Under the pieces are notes generated by a model, which did no database searches, had not been told where the DNA came from, and worked only from the letters and a program-made list of their open reading frames with translations. A program made the translations under genes and the position numbers. A stretch of DNA of 60,700 nucleotides, counting the filler, from Nemertoderma westbladi (taxonomy: Eukaryota > Animalia > Xenacoelomorpha), in assembly GCA_032718475.1 (NCBI GenBank). It is 3 parts of 3 records of this genome, joined end to end, with 100 filler letters (N's around TTAATTAATTAA, not from the genome) between each part and the next. Parts side by side here need not be neighbours in the genome. Positions count along the whole stretch, not along the records: positions 21,686 to 43,677 come from JAUCBJ010008978.1; 2 more parts are not named here. One strand, 5' to 3'. Position 1 is the stretch's first letter; each line of letters opens with the position of its first letter. Below, in pieces: positions 26,851 to 36,880 of this stretch.

Positions 26851-26993
26851 ACGAGAGTACCTAAGGGTTTTATGTGTACAAATATGAATAGGCATATTAC
26901 ATTACTGTAACTTAATCAAAATACGTCGGATTTTCAAAAGTTTTTACGTTAAAGTTAAACTACAAATGCTACCTTATAGTGAAATAATTCATC

Positions 26994-27030
26994 AAATGCA
27001 GCTGCAATGCAGCATGCCGATCCTAGTAGT
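26994..27030 (+). mobile_element. Isolated 3' tip of the RTE family seen at 4328 and 11259
   Basis: AAATGCAGCTGCAATGCAGCATGCCGATCCTAGTAGT is the exact reverse complement of the RTE 3' ends. Confidence 0.85.
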
Positions 27031-27535
27031 GCTCATCCCTTTAATTTGTAAGATAGCGTTTATTGTTTTGTTTAAATAAACCCGCCTCTGTAACGTGCTC
27101 ATCCCTTTAATTTGTAAGATAGCATTTAATATTTTGGTTAAATAAAGCCGCCTCTGTAATGGGCTCATCCACTTAATTTGTGGGATAGCGTTTATTGTTT
27201 TGGTTAAATAAGCCAGCCTCAGTAACGTGCTCATCCCCTTAATTTGTAAGATAGCATTTAATATTTTGGTTAAATAAAGCCGCCTCTGTAATGGGCTCAT
27301 CCACTTAATTTGTGGGATAGCGTTTATTGTTTTGGTTAAATAAGCCAGCCTCAGTAACGTGCTCATCCCCTTAATTTGTAAGATAGCGTTTATTGTTTTG
27401 GTTAAATAAGCCAGCCTCTGTAACGTGCTCATCCACTTAATTTGTAAGATAGCGTTTATTGTTTTGGTTAAATAAGCCAGCCTCTGTAACCTGATCTTTC
27501 CTTTTCATTTGTAGCATTTATTGTTTTGGTTATAA
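27030..27535. repeat. 66-bp tandem array (~7.5 units) with a 132-bp higher-order duplication
   Basis: Unit core TTTATTGTTTTGGTTAAATAAGCC.GCCTCTGTAAC; seen as a 22-aa periodicity in the spurious ORF 26992-27432. Confidence 0.9.
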
Positions 27536-28267
27536 AGCCTTGCTTAATTATTTATTATAATTATTACAACGATATATCTGTTAATTATTTTCGTTACAAA
27601 TGCCCCGCTTTTGTAAACTATTCCATGGACTGGTGTTTATCTGGGAGTTAATCATAAAAAGCCGGACACTGTCAGACTTGTGAGACAAATTATAAATATT
27701 ATATATTATTTAAATTGTTTAGTTTTCTAATCCATTTAAATTTTTAAGTGTTAAACTTTATTGAACTGTTAGCATACAATCTAAATATAAGATTGATCGA
27801 AGCAATCAAATCCATCCCTCCAGGAGAAAGGCTACGTAAATAACTCTTAATCCTAAAACTCCTAAATAACTGATTACTCCAAAAATAAAACTGTAACATG
27901 TTTTATTGACTTTAGTTTATTGTTTTGGTTAGAATAACATGCCGCTGTAACCTGCTCCTTTCCCTTAATTGATATTTTAACATTGTGACGAGATATGAAT
28001 TCGTCGATATGATTTGCGTTGAGTTACACCCTTGTCTCGAATTTGAATAAGTGAAATATAATTTAGTTCCTCCGTCGGCCACAATGGGGCATAATAAAAG
28101 ACTAACAGCTAAAGTATATGACTAGCTAGCGTAAATGAATGGTTTACAGTCGAGCAGTAAACCAGCGAACTCAATTAAGAAAACTTATAAAGAAAAAATT
28201 TTGTAATTTAAACAGGACTTAGGAAGGATGATCCAACTTTATAGCAATGGAGCGGAAAAAATGAATT

Positions 28268-28339
28268 CGCCACCAGCGGGGATCGAACCCGCACCTCCCG
28301 ATAAACGTTTAGGTATGCTAACCACTACACCACGGAGGC
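28268..28339 (-). repeat. tRNA-derived SINE head or tRNA pseudogene
   Basis: GCCTCCG-TGGTGTAGTGG-TTAGCA...GCGGGTTCGATCCCCGC: good A and B boxes and T-arm, but the anticodon and acceptor stems are broken. Confidence 0.65.
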
Positions 28340-29066
28340 TCCTGCATCTTTCCGATTGATTTGCTATAGGTGGTAAGCTACCTTACGGTTGCTATTGATG
28401 GTTTGGATCATTACAACTCCGGTTTAAATTACTTAATAATTTATACAATCTCATGAATGTTAAAAATATATAAACATAAATAAAACAATGTTATTAATAA
28501 TATATTATATATGTCTAGAAATATTATAGTAATTGTCTCAGCACAAATTAAAGTAAATGAATAACAAGATATTCAATTATTACTAAGCTACTTACTGTAT
28601 TACTAATTAAAACAACCACAAACACAATGATTTGCTGCACATTATTAGAAACGAACCAATATCTAATGGAAATGCAGCATCGTTACGAAACGTCGACTAA
28701 CTACGTAAAACTAAATTCGCAGCAACTCAATGAATATCGTTAAAAAAAGTAAAGACCTTCAAACAAAGTTTTAACAAACTGTTTTCAAAGTTCAAACAAA
28801 CATATTTTATTACGAAACGAGTTTTAAACTTTATTTTTTAAACCAACTAAAAAGGTATAGTTGGTATTCCGTGTGCGCCATTAACTAATTCCGATAAGTT
28901 TGTAAGTACATTAGATATCAAACTAAATAAATACATAAATATACCCCGCCAAAAAATACTTTATGTATATAGGCCTAAATAATGGAACTGCGATTGGCAA
29001 AGGGCAAAGCACTTGTTAGTTCAAATATCGATTTATCTAAGTAATTAATTGTTTTTGCTCCAGTAC

Positions 29067-30293
29067 TTAAAGCACAGCTTTTGGTGAGTAGAAATAGAAC
29101 TCCTTGGTTAACATAGTTACGGGTGCTGGCATCTGTTTGAACCCGGTCAGGGACTCGTATTCGTGTGAGACGACGTAATTAACGCGAGTTAGTAAGCGGA
29201 CGACATCGAGAACATTCGCGTACTTCTCGAAAACACGAACCAAAGCGTTAACGTACCAGGTCCCCTGCAGGTTGTTGCGCCAACTGGCGTAGCCGGCGGT
29301 GGTGCTGCAGGCGATGAGGAAGTCGCAACTGTTGGGGATTGTGTAACTGAGATCTCCCCGGGTCTGGGAGGTGCGATCTAGTGTGGGTCGCATTAGAGCA
29401 CCCGGTTCTTGGGAACCAGACTCCAGACCACGCGATCCCGTAACTTTAACCGAACCATCCTTCGCATTCCCACGGTCGCTGATCACAAAAATAAGTTTTG
29501 GCTTTCCGGCCAAACTAGGGCAATTATTTCCGTTGAACAGCGATATTATCTGGTAGATATCGAATAGTTTACCGTCGCAAGAGACAATCCCGTCGCCCTC
29601 GACGCCCAGGGAATGGATGCAGACAACGGCGCTATCAGCGTCCGCGTGTCGAGAGTCGGATGCAAAGTTGTTGAGAGCCGACCACATGTCCCTCCCGGAG
29701 AGGTTGCTGCGGACATCCACCTCGTAGGAGAGCTCAGTGAACAAAGTGCGAAGGTTGTTTGTGTCAACGGAGGCACCGAGACGGGGACGAACCTTCGTAT
29801 CGGGCTCGTAAACCTCGTTGCAGATAATCAAACACCCTCGCTTCGATTCCGGTCTGTTTTCATAAACGCAGTCCGTTAGGTCGTAAAGTTCGGTTGCCAC
29901 GACGGCATCGCCTCGGTCGTTAGGTTTATTGTCAAGACGGAGGTTGTCGATATCTACAGGGACGGGGTTGGTACCAGCGTCAACCACAGATTGTTCCGGG
30001 TCTGTGGCCTGAGTGGTCAGAGTGTCGGTTAATAAATCGGCCAGATGTCCCTGACTGGAATCTTTCAGACAGGCGATAAACAAATGAAAATCGTTTACAG
30101 GCCGTTTCTTCAGAGCCTCAATTAGATTATAATTCTTTTCAATCAGAGTCGCTCCATTTTTAATGAGTTCAATTGTGTTCGAGGTAAACACCTCTTTGCT
30201 CTCTAAACGAATTAGTAGATCGGAAGGATCCATATTCTGTGTTAATTCGACTAACTTGTTAGAAAGTACTTTGTTTATAGAATCTTTATTCAT
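29067..30293 (-). CDS. CARD-containing caspase homologue (caspase-2/9/Dronc-like architecture), predicted catalytically inactive
   Basis: 408-aa single ORF. CARD-like N-terminus (L..L....VFT...ELI...LIEALKKRP..F..F..CL..S.Q.HLA.LL), p20 motifs RGCLIICN, RLGASVD and CPSLAGKPKLIF, and p10 motifs DFLIACST..GY.SWRN...GTWY and KQMP. SHG reads SLG and QACRG reads ISDRG. Confidence 0.93.
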   Translation of the reverse strand: MNKDSINKVLSNKLVELTQNMDPSDLLIRLESKEVFTSNTIELIKNGATLIEKNYNLIEALKKRPVNDFHLFIACLKDSSQGHLADLLTDTLTTQATDPEQSVVDAGTNPVPVDIDNLRLDNKPNDRGDAVVATELYDLTDCVYENRPESKRGCLIICNEVYEPDTKVRPRLGASVDTNNLRTLFTELSYEVDVRSNLSGRDMWSALNNFASDSRHADADSAVVCIHSLGVEGDGIVSCDGKLFDIYQIISLFNGNNCPSLAGKPKLIFVISDRGNAKDGSVKVTGSRGLESGSQEPGALMRPTLDRTSQTRGDLSYTIPNSCDFLIACSTTAGYASWRNNLQGTWYVNALVRVFEKYANVLDVVRLLTRVNYVVSHEYESLTGFKQMPAPVTMLTKEFYFYSPKAVL

Positions 30294-30449
30294 CTTGCTC
30301 TTGCAGTCAGGTCTCAGGGTCTAGAACAATAGACTGATAGACAGATAGAAGAAGTACACACTGACAGAAGTAGGTCTACCGCGCTGCCGGTACAATGTTA
30401 AATGGCGGAAAGGGTTAGGCCTAAATAAGTGATTGAAGAATAAACGTAA

Positions 30450-30612
30450 AACGAACTTAGATCCAGCAGGGCCTGACTTTGATGAACTTAGATCCTTGCG
30501 GACTTAGGTCCTATATATGCGAACATAGATCCTATCTGGGTGAACTTAACTAGGTGAACTTATATCCTAACTAGGTGAAATTAGATCCTAACTAGGTGAA
30601 CTTGATTCATCT
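30450..30612. repeat. Short degenerate ~21-bp repeat (GAACTTAGATCC core) upstream of the caspase
   Basis: About 7 visible copies; resembles the GAACTTAGTTCC repeat at 41456-42497. Confidence 0.65.
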
Positions 30613-31280
30613 TTTTATGCTATTAAAAGCCTTTAAGATACGATAAGAATAAGAGATATGTATATTTTTACTACTTGAAGAAATCAGAATTATATTGACA
30701 TGCATCATAACATCATTATATAAAACTTAAACAAAGCGATAGTACAGTATGTACTCATCATGCAGATGAAACACTACAAAAGTTACTGTACTATACTACT
30801 GTGACTGTGGACTGTACTACACTATGCATTCATAATCATGAAAATTATTACGTATTTTAAAATTATTACACCCAAGCCGAAGTTTGGAACCATTTAAGGC
30901 TATTTGAAATTACGCAGACAGACATAGACAATCAAATAACACATTGCCTCATACAAACACCCCCCCTCCCACGTCTTAAGTTCCTTTAACTCAAAACTAA
31001 CTAGTTTAATTATTAAAGCAGACAAATTATGAAAAATAAATGAAAATTATTTCTTATGTACAGTATCTAACAATAAACCAATCATGTGGTTGCGTATTCT
31101 TGTTTTATATCTTTGGTCATGGGCGTAGTCAGGATTTTTCTTGGTGGAGGGGCAAACTTTTGGAATTTCAAAAAACATGCCTTATATAATGTAGGCCTAG
31201 TGTCATAATTCAGTGCCGACTACCCTCCAAATTTTTCTACAAATTACACTCGCAATTCAAGAAATTTGAAAAAGAGATAA

Positions 31281-33237
31281 TGTAAAGAAAGTCCAGTAGT
31301 ATACCGCCTACCGAATCCTAGTAACGAAAAGACCTTACTGTAGAATCCAGCAGTGTACACGGGTTCGTACAGTACCTGACAAGAAATTCCAGTCCAGGGT
31401 GTCTAAATAAACAGATGCCAAATTCACAAACTACTACTGGCGAGGAACGGAGCCTGATGTCTCTTCTAATACTTGGGCGAATCAATTGCCTGGGCTAACT
31501 AGACAAATAGGATGCCCGGCCTCTAACCAGTGAGGCAGATGTACAGTCTACAGATACAGACAAAACTCACGGGAAAACAATCCCCGCGCAGCGAATCCTA
31601 ACTATCGCTAATGGACCTAAATATTGTAAACTTGCCGCGGTGTGATTTCTATGGGTATAATACGAGCTATAGCGGGTCAACAATACTAGCGTAAGAAACA
31701 ATACTGCCGACAGGAAAGGCAGTCAAAAGGGTGCCTGCGAGTAAAACAAATACCAAATATCTCTACAAATAATAATAACCTATCTGTAAACCAGTAAATC
31801 TCAAGACGCGTGTGTGTGTTACGATAAAACAATTTTGGTGTACCGCTGTTATACTAGGTTTTGGTGATTATAACAAAATAAAAATACGGGGCACTAGCTA
31901 CTTGAATAAGCTAGTCGCATGCTGTAGGCGCAATACTTACAAACTGACGTCAAAAGGGCTCTCTCCTCCTATATTCACAACTCAGTCGGGCAATTACGGT
32001 GTTAGTAACTACGCCTGTGATCGGCACTGATACCAGATTCTGATTGTGAGATAAGGAAATGGGGTGTTAATTTACTACCGTACGTCTAGCTGATCTGGTA
32101 TGTCATTTATTCTAGAATTTTGTTACCGCGGTGTTAAATACCTATCAGTACGTGGCAAGGGCGCGGTAGACTTCTGACTTTGGACTCAGACAGGTCAGCA
32201 GTCAAACTGCAAGGCCTACAGAGCTAATCGGTACTGTACCGCTAGTACGGCAAATCACCAAATTATAGAGCGTGCTATTTGCACCTAGTGTACTTGCGCG
32301 TACTGGCAAACAGCATCAGCTTGCACCTGTAAGAGATATAGGTTGACGCGGGTTTTTCCTGTCGGAATCTGAGATATTTGGTCCTAAATTTTACGGCGTC
32401 CCATGACGGCGTCACTCTTCACCCTGTTCTAAGGAACTTACGGCAGGCAAAGGCGTCAAACAAAGTCTTACCTCCTCTGACGTGGGCGCGATCAGGCAAT
32501 AGGGTCATGCTTCCAAATGGGCGTGGGTTAAGATAGTGTGGGCTCCTTTATGCATCGTGGACATCCCTTCCCCTTGCGTTGCTGTGGCCTAAAGGTTTAG
32601 GCAGCCATTCCCCAAAGCGTTTGGCTGTTCAAGGTAGATACGCTAAAAGCTACATGTTCTGAGTTTGCAGTATATTTTAAAGTAAATGACAAAAGATTTA
32701 TCGAATTTGGACAAAACTTTTACATATTAACTAACGACAAAGTTATACTAATGAATTAGTAAGTATCAAGATAAGTTTAAGATTAGTAAGTAAGTCAAGC
32801 CAAGTCAAGTGATAACCGAAGGGCAAACGGCACCTTATATAGGAAATCCTAAGCATGGAATCCACTAGAACATTCTACCACATTCTATGAGCTCGCATTG
32901 GACCAATAAATCATCAAATGCCCTACGATTGGCCCAACTAATCTGTCCATGTGTTGTACGCACTCCATTGGCTTATCCAACTTAACGAAACGGAAACTAA
33001 ATAGCACAAAATACAAATTTTACTGACCCAGATTCGAACTCTTGACCTACCTAGGATGTAACCTGCGCCTTAACCTACTGGACCACTGCGACAATAGAAA
33101 CTCATGCCAAATTATAACTAGAGCAGGTGATATGCAAATTATAATAAACTATAAAACAAGGCAAATGCGTTGGATTTTTGAAAGTTTTTACGTTGTACTA
33201 ATTACAAATAGCTATCTAGTAGTAAAATAATCCCACA
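31281..33237 (-). mobile_element. 3' LTR (~1.96 kb)
   Basis: TG...CA termini, immediately follows the PPT, and is colinear with 24722-26991. Confidence 0.85.
33008..33092 (-). promoter_or_regulatory. tRNA-like Pol III cassette inside LTR U3 (second copy)
   Basis: GTCGCAG-TGGTCCAGTAGG-TTAAGGCG...GAGTTCGAATC...GTATTTT, at the same LTR position as 26770-26850. Confidence 0.7.
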
Positions 33238-33599
33238 CCGCTCCATGAAAACAGTAAGTAAGACTGTTTTCACCAAACGAAAATATAAAATAATAACTAA
33301 AAAATATATCTAAATCTAGTAGGGCTTAAAATATTAAATAATCACTGCTTGGGTCTTATTGCATACAAGATATTGCAAATATTAAGTAAATACAAAACTT
33401 TCATACAGACATACATACAAATATGGATTTACTATCTAATACTATCAATGCTTGGTGCATAAAATATAAAAAACTCCCATCGGTTATCCAAATATAAACA
33501 AATTAAGGCAAATAATTTCAAAACGTACATGATAATACATAATACATAATATATTTACAAAATTAAATCAATTCAAATATAAACGAAACACAATAATCT

Positions 33600-36243
33600 A
33601 AAATAATTCCTAAAATGTCCTCCCGACGATTTTAAAATCCGTCCTGCTGGTCTCTAGGCCTCTTGTCTAGGATCGCAAGCCTTCCTTTCTCCAGAATCTC
33701 ACTCCTCAACGCCAACAGTAGGCTCGCAAGCCTTCCTTCCTCCACAACCTCGCTCTTCAATGTTTTGTTAAGCAAGCTCGACCATGCCCTTTAATGTGAT
33801 TGGGGGGTAGCTGAGGTCGAACTGGACTCGGGCTTCGGCGTCGAATTGTCTGGGGTTCTAGAATGCTGGGAAATGTAACGACTGGCATCTCGCACATCCG
33901 TCGGGCGCTTAATCCACGAAATCCTCGTCCAATCCCAATCTTTCGCTTAGTTGGATCAGATGAAGCATCTGCGACGCTTGGAGGGAGTTTGAGAGGCGGA
34001 ACTAAGCCATCCGCCGACACCTCACTCTCAGACGTCGTCTGAACCCTCATGGGTCCGGGCAAAGTGAAACCTGTCCCTCCATTGCGTCGACACATGCTCG
34101 TCCACTAAGTCCTCCCAATGGTCAAATAGCTGCCACATTATCTTTACCGACATATGCTAGTATGGCACGTCTCGGAGTTGACATTCCGACGCTCTGTGTC
34201 CTTGATGTTACAGTAGGGGCATTGAGCCACAAAGCACCAACAAGTGTAGAAAGTGTGGGACCGCTGATCCCCATACTGTTGCACACTATATCTGGTAGAG
34301 AGATGTGCTTTGCTCCACATTTCTTGGCGTGATGCCCTGTAACCCCACATCTGCCGCAAATGGTGTTGGCAGGGTACCAAACGCGTTTGTAGATGAGGTC
34401 TCCTATAGGGCGAGCGCTACCATCAACTTGAAAGTCTTCATCATCGGGATCAGTTGGTACGTTCGTCTGTGTGGGTTGTACATAAACCATGGCATCGCTC
34501 TGATCTCGGTTTGCATCTTCCTCAGAAGATTCTCCTCTATCTCAATAACTTGCCGCAACGGCTTGTCGATTATCATGGACTCGGTCGGATATTCATCGGG
34601 ATGATGAACGGTAGGCACACGTGCCTTCCATGATCCTTCCGGGTCCTTTATCTCCGCGTGGAGTTCCCCGTCATAGGGTACTAACGTTAACATAGACGGT
34701 CTGTCGACGAGACTTCCCGCATGAGTGAGATAAACGTCGCGAAAAACGCTGAATCCCGCGCATGTGAAAACATCACAGTGGGCGTCGGTATTATAGAATG
34801 GTTGAAGGAATCGGAGAAATACTTCCGTATGCGTCCTCCCTTCCTCATAAACTGTATGTCCCTCTCCAAGACATAACGGGTGTCGCTTTAGAGTCCTAGA
34901 CACTATATCGGCAATGAAACATACATTGACCGATGACTCTATCACCAAATAATATTGTAGGATTATCCGCGCAGGTAAGGTAATCACCCAGATTCAAACT
35001 CGTTGACGTTAGGGGTATCTCCTTCTCCATATATGTCCGTATATTTGCTCCTCTTACTCTCCTTATAATCCCAACTGAACATTAGGTATGAGATATAGCC
35101 GGTTCCAGTTTTGAGTATGTTATACTCCCGGAAATATCCTTGCTCTATAGCCCAGAGCAACAATGGTCTAGTGTAAGGTGTAGGCAATCGGTCCTCCTCC
35201 TTGGGCATCCCAGCAAAATCGCTAATGAGATCTTCCCGTATACCAGATCCGATCTTAACGAAGTTCTAGTCGAGTACAATGTCACGCACTGCCTTGGGTA
35301 ACATCCTAGCCTCTATGTTACAAGCTAGGTCCATGGATTTTACTATCCGCTTAATCATGGCGTGTCGTTGTGTCATTTCCTCCAGCATTGGCATCTTACG
35401 GTCGCTCTGCTGTTGGCTGAAGACATGTAGCACTCCATCCGGCGCTCGAATTTGAATGGTTTCGAAGTGAAGCTGTGCTGATGGCTCCCTCCTTCGTTGT
35501 CGTAGAACATGTATCCGTTCTCTCGCAGAGATCGACTCGTCGCATCCCAATCGTCGAGTAAATTGTCCGTAGGGTTCCATATCCTTCCGATGGATTTCTC
35601 GGCATTAAGGCTAATAGGTTTCCCTATCCAATTGCTCGCGATGTCAGTGTCGTTCTCAAACGTGCCGACTCCGATACATAATCGAATCATCCGCGTAAGA
35701 TATCCTCGCAGGATGTAAGGTGCAATATCCGTCCCCGCGCGATCAACTTCCTTAAAGTCGGTAATATGTGGAGGCACGTCGCATACGATTTTCTGAACTA
35801 TTATTCTACGCAACTCCGCAGCCTCTAACACATCGCCAAACATTACCGATGGGAGGAAATCCAGGTTCGATATGATCCGGATGCTCCACTATAGGAATCT
35901 CGTAGGTCATGTCCTCTGGAATCGGTATGCTAATAGGAAAGTTGGTTGTCTTCGCGACTGGCACTACCGCTTGAGTAGAGTGGGGTTGAGGTTCTCTCTT
36001 CATCTCGACATGAGGTATCTGTAGTCTCTGCGACAAACATTGAGCGAAGGTAATGCTATCGAAGAGTTTGGGTGTCATCTCCTTTGGTTCGGTTTGATCG
36101 TGGGATATCCAATAGAATGGTAGGCTCGCGAGCCTTCCGCCGAACTCCTCAATCTCGCCTTTCTCGTATACCTTGTATGCCCTATATAGGCTAAGTGCTT
36201 CCCTCTTCTCCTGTGTCGACTTGTTGGACTTATTTATTGTCAT
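33600..36243 (-). pseudogene. Disrupted extra ORF (~850-880 codons) downstream of pol; unknown protein with C-terminal CCHC zinc knuckles
   Basis: Chain of overlapping minus-strand ORFs (35806-36243, 35373-35843, 35266-35580, 34984-35208, 34403-34987, 34122-34490, 33757-34095). CGRCGVTGHHAKKC is intact, and CPYCNIK[G]HRASEC is restored by one base. Confidence 0.7.
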
Positions 36244-36274
36244 ACTGTAGATGTCCGGTTTGACTAGTTTGGAC

Positions 36275-36880
36275 TTAGTTCGTACTTAGTTCGTACCAAA
36301 GCACTAACGTTGTGTCGGTCCAATATGTGACTTTCGAGTTGGCCTCCAGTTCGTGCTGGACTAGACTGACGATGTTGGTAGATATCGTCCCGGCTTGAAG
36401 CTCTCCCCGAGGCACTGTCATATACTTCAGAGGCATTGTCTTAGCCTTTGAGGTAATGAAAGATACCTTGTAACTGTCCGATGTCACTTGTCTACGTAGG
36501 TACAGAGTTACCCCTAGCCCGTCCTTGCTAGCGTCACTGAAACTGTGAAGTTCCAGATCTGCAGGAAAATTGGCTTGTAAGGGAAAGTATACCCTCGGGA
36601 TGGTATAGTCTTGTAGGAGCGTCAGTTATGCCTCCCAGTCCATCCACTGATCAGCTACATAGCTTTTCCGGGATGGGATCATCCCATTCCAGTCCGGCCT
36701 GCCAAATGCTGCGGAGTATGATCCTTGCGTGTAGGATCACTGGACTGATAAAGCACAGCGGGTCATACAAACGACTCATAGTCGATAAGCAGGTCCTCTT
36801 GGTGAGAGGTCTCGTCTGGTAATAAGTTCTTAATTCAGGAACAGGTACACAAAATGGATCCATGTCTGTGCGGTATACTC
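36275..36880 (-). pseudogene. BEL/Pao pol fragment (RT C-terminal/RNase H region, Peptidase_A17-type)
   Basis: PLTKR..LS....YDPL.FISP.......IW....WDDPIP, LHSFSDAS, SKAK..P......PR.EL and YWTD...L.W motifs. Confidence 0.92.

Larger units (their letters stand above)
21686..26991 (-). mobile_element. 5' part of a BEL/Pao-like LTR retrotransposon (5' LTR + leader + gag), cut by the gap
   Basis: Its LTR is colinear and homologous with the LTR at 31281-33237, which belongs to an element carrying Pao RT/RNase H motifs. A long ORF starts ~940 nt after the LTR. Confidence 0.8.
24722..26991 (-). mobile_element. 5' LTR (~2.27 kb)
   Basis: Minus strand reads TGAATTATT...CCCTTACA. Homology to 31281-33237 starts and stops at these ends. 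Confidence 0.8.
31281..36880 (-). mobile_element. 5'-truncated, internally deleted BEL/Pao LTR retrotransposon (pol fragment + extra ORF + PPT + 3' LTR)
   Basis: Pao-type motifs at 36275-36880, PPT GGAGCGG at 33238-33244, and an LTR reading TGTGGG...TTTACA. No integrase found. Confidence 0.88.

Noticed and set aside
28268-28339. Functional tRNA gene (also 26783-26850, 33021-33092, 20745-20812)
   Set aside because: Acceptor and anticodon stems do not pair; treated as tRNA-derived promoters or repeats.
24722-33237. Two LTRs flanking the caspase as one element that captured the gene
   Set aside because: The LTRs are clearly diverged and differ in length. The 24722 LTR leads into gag on its left and the 31281 LTR has its PPT on its right, so they are the outer ends of two separate elements.
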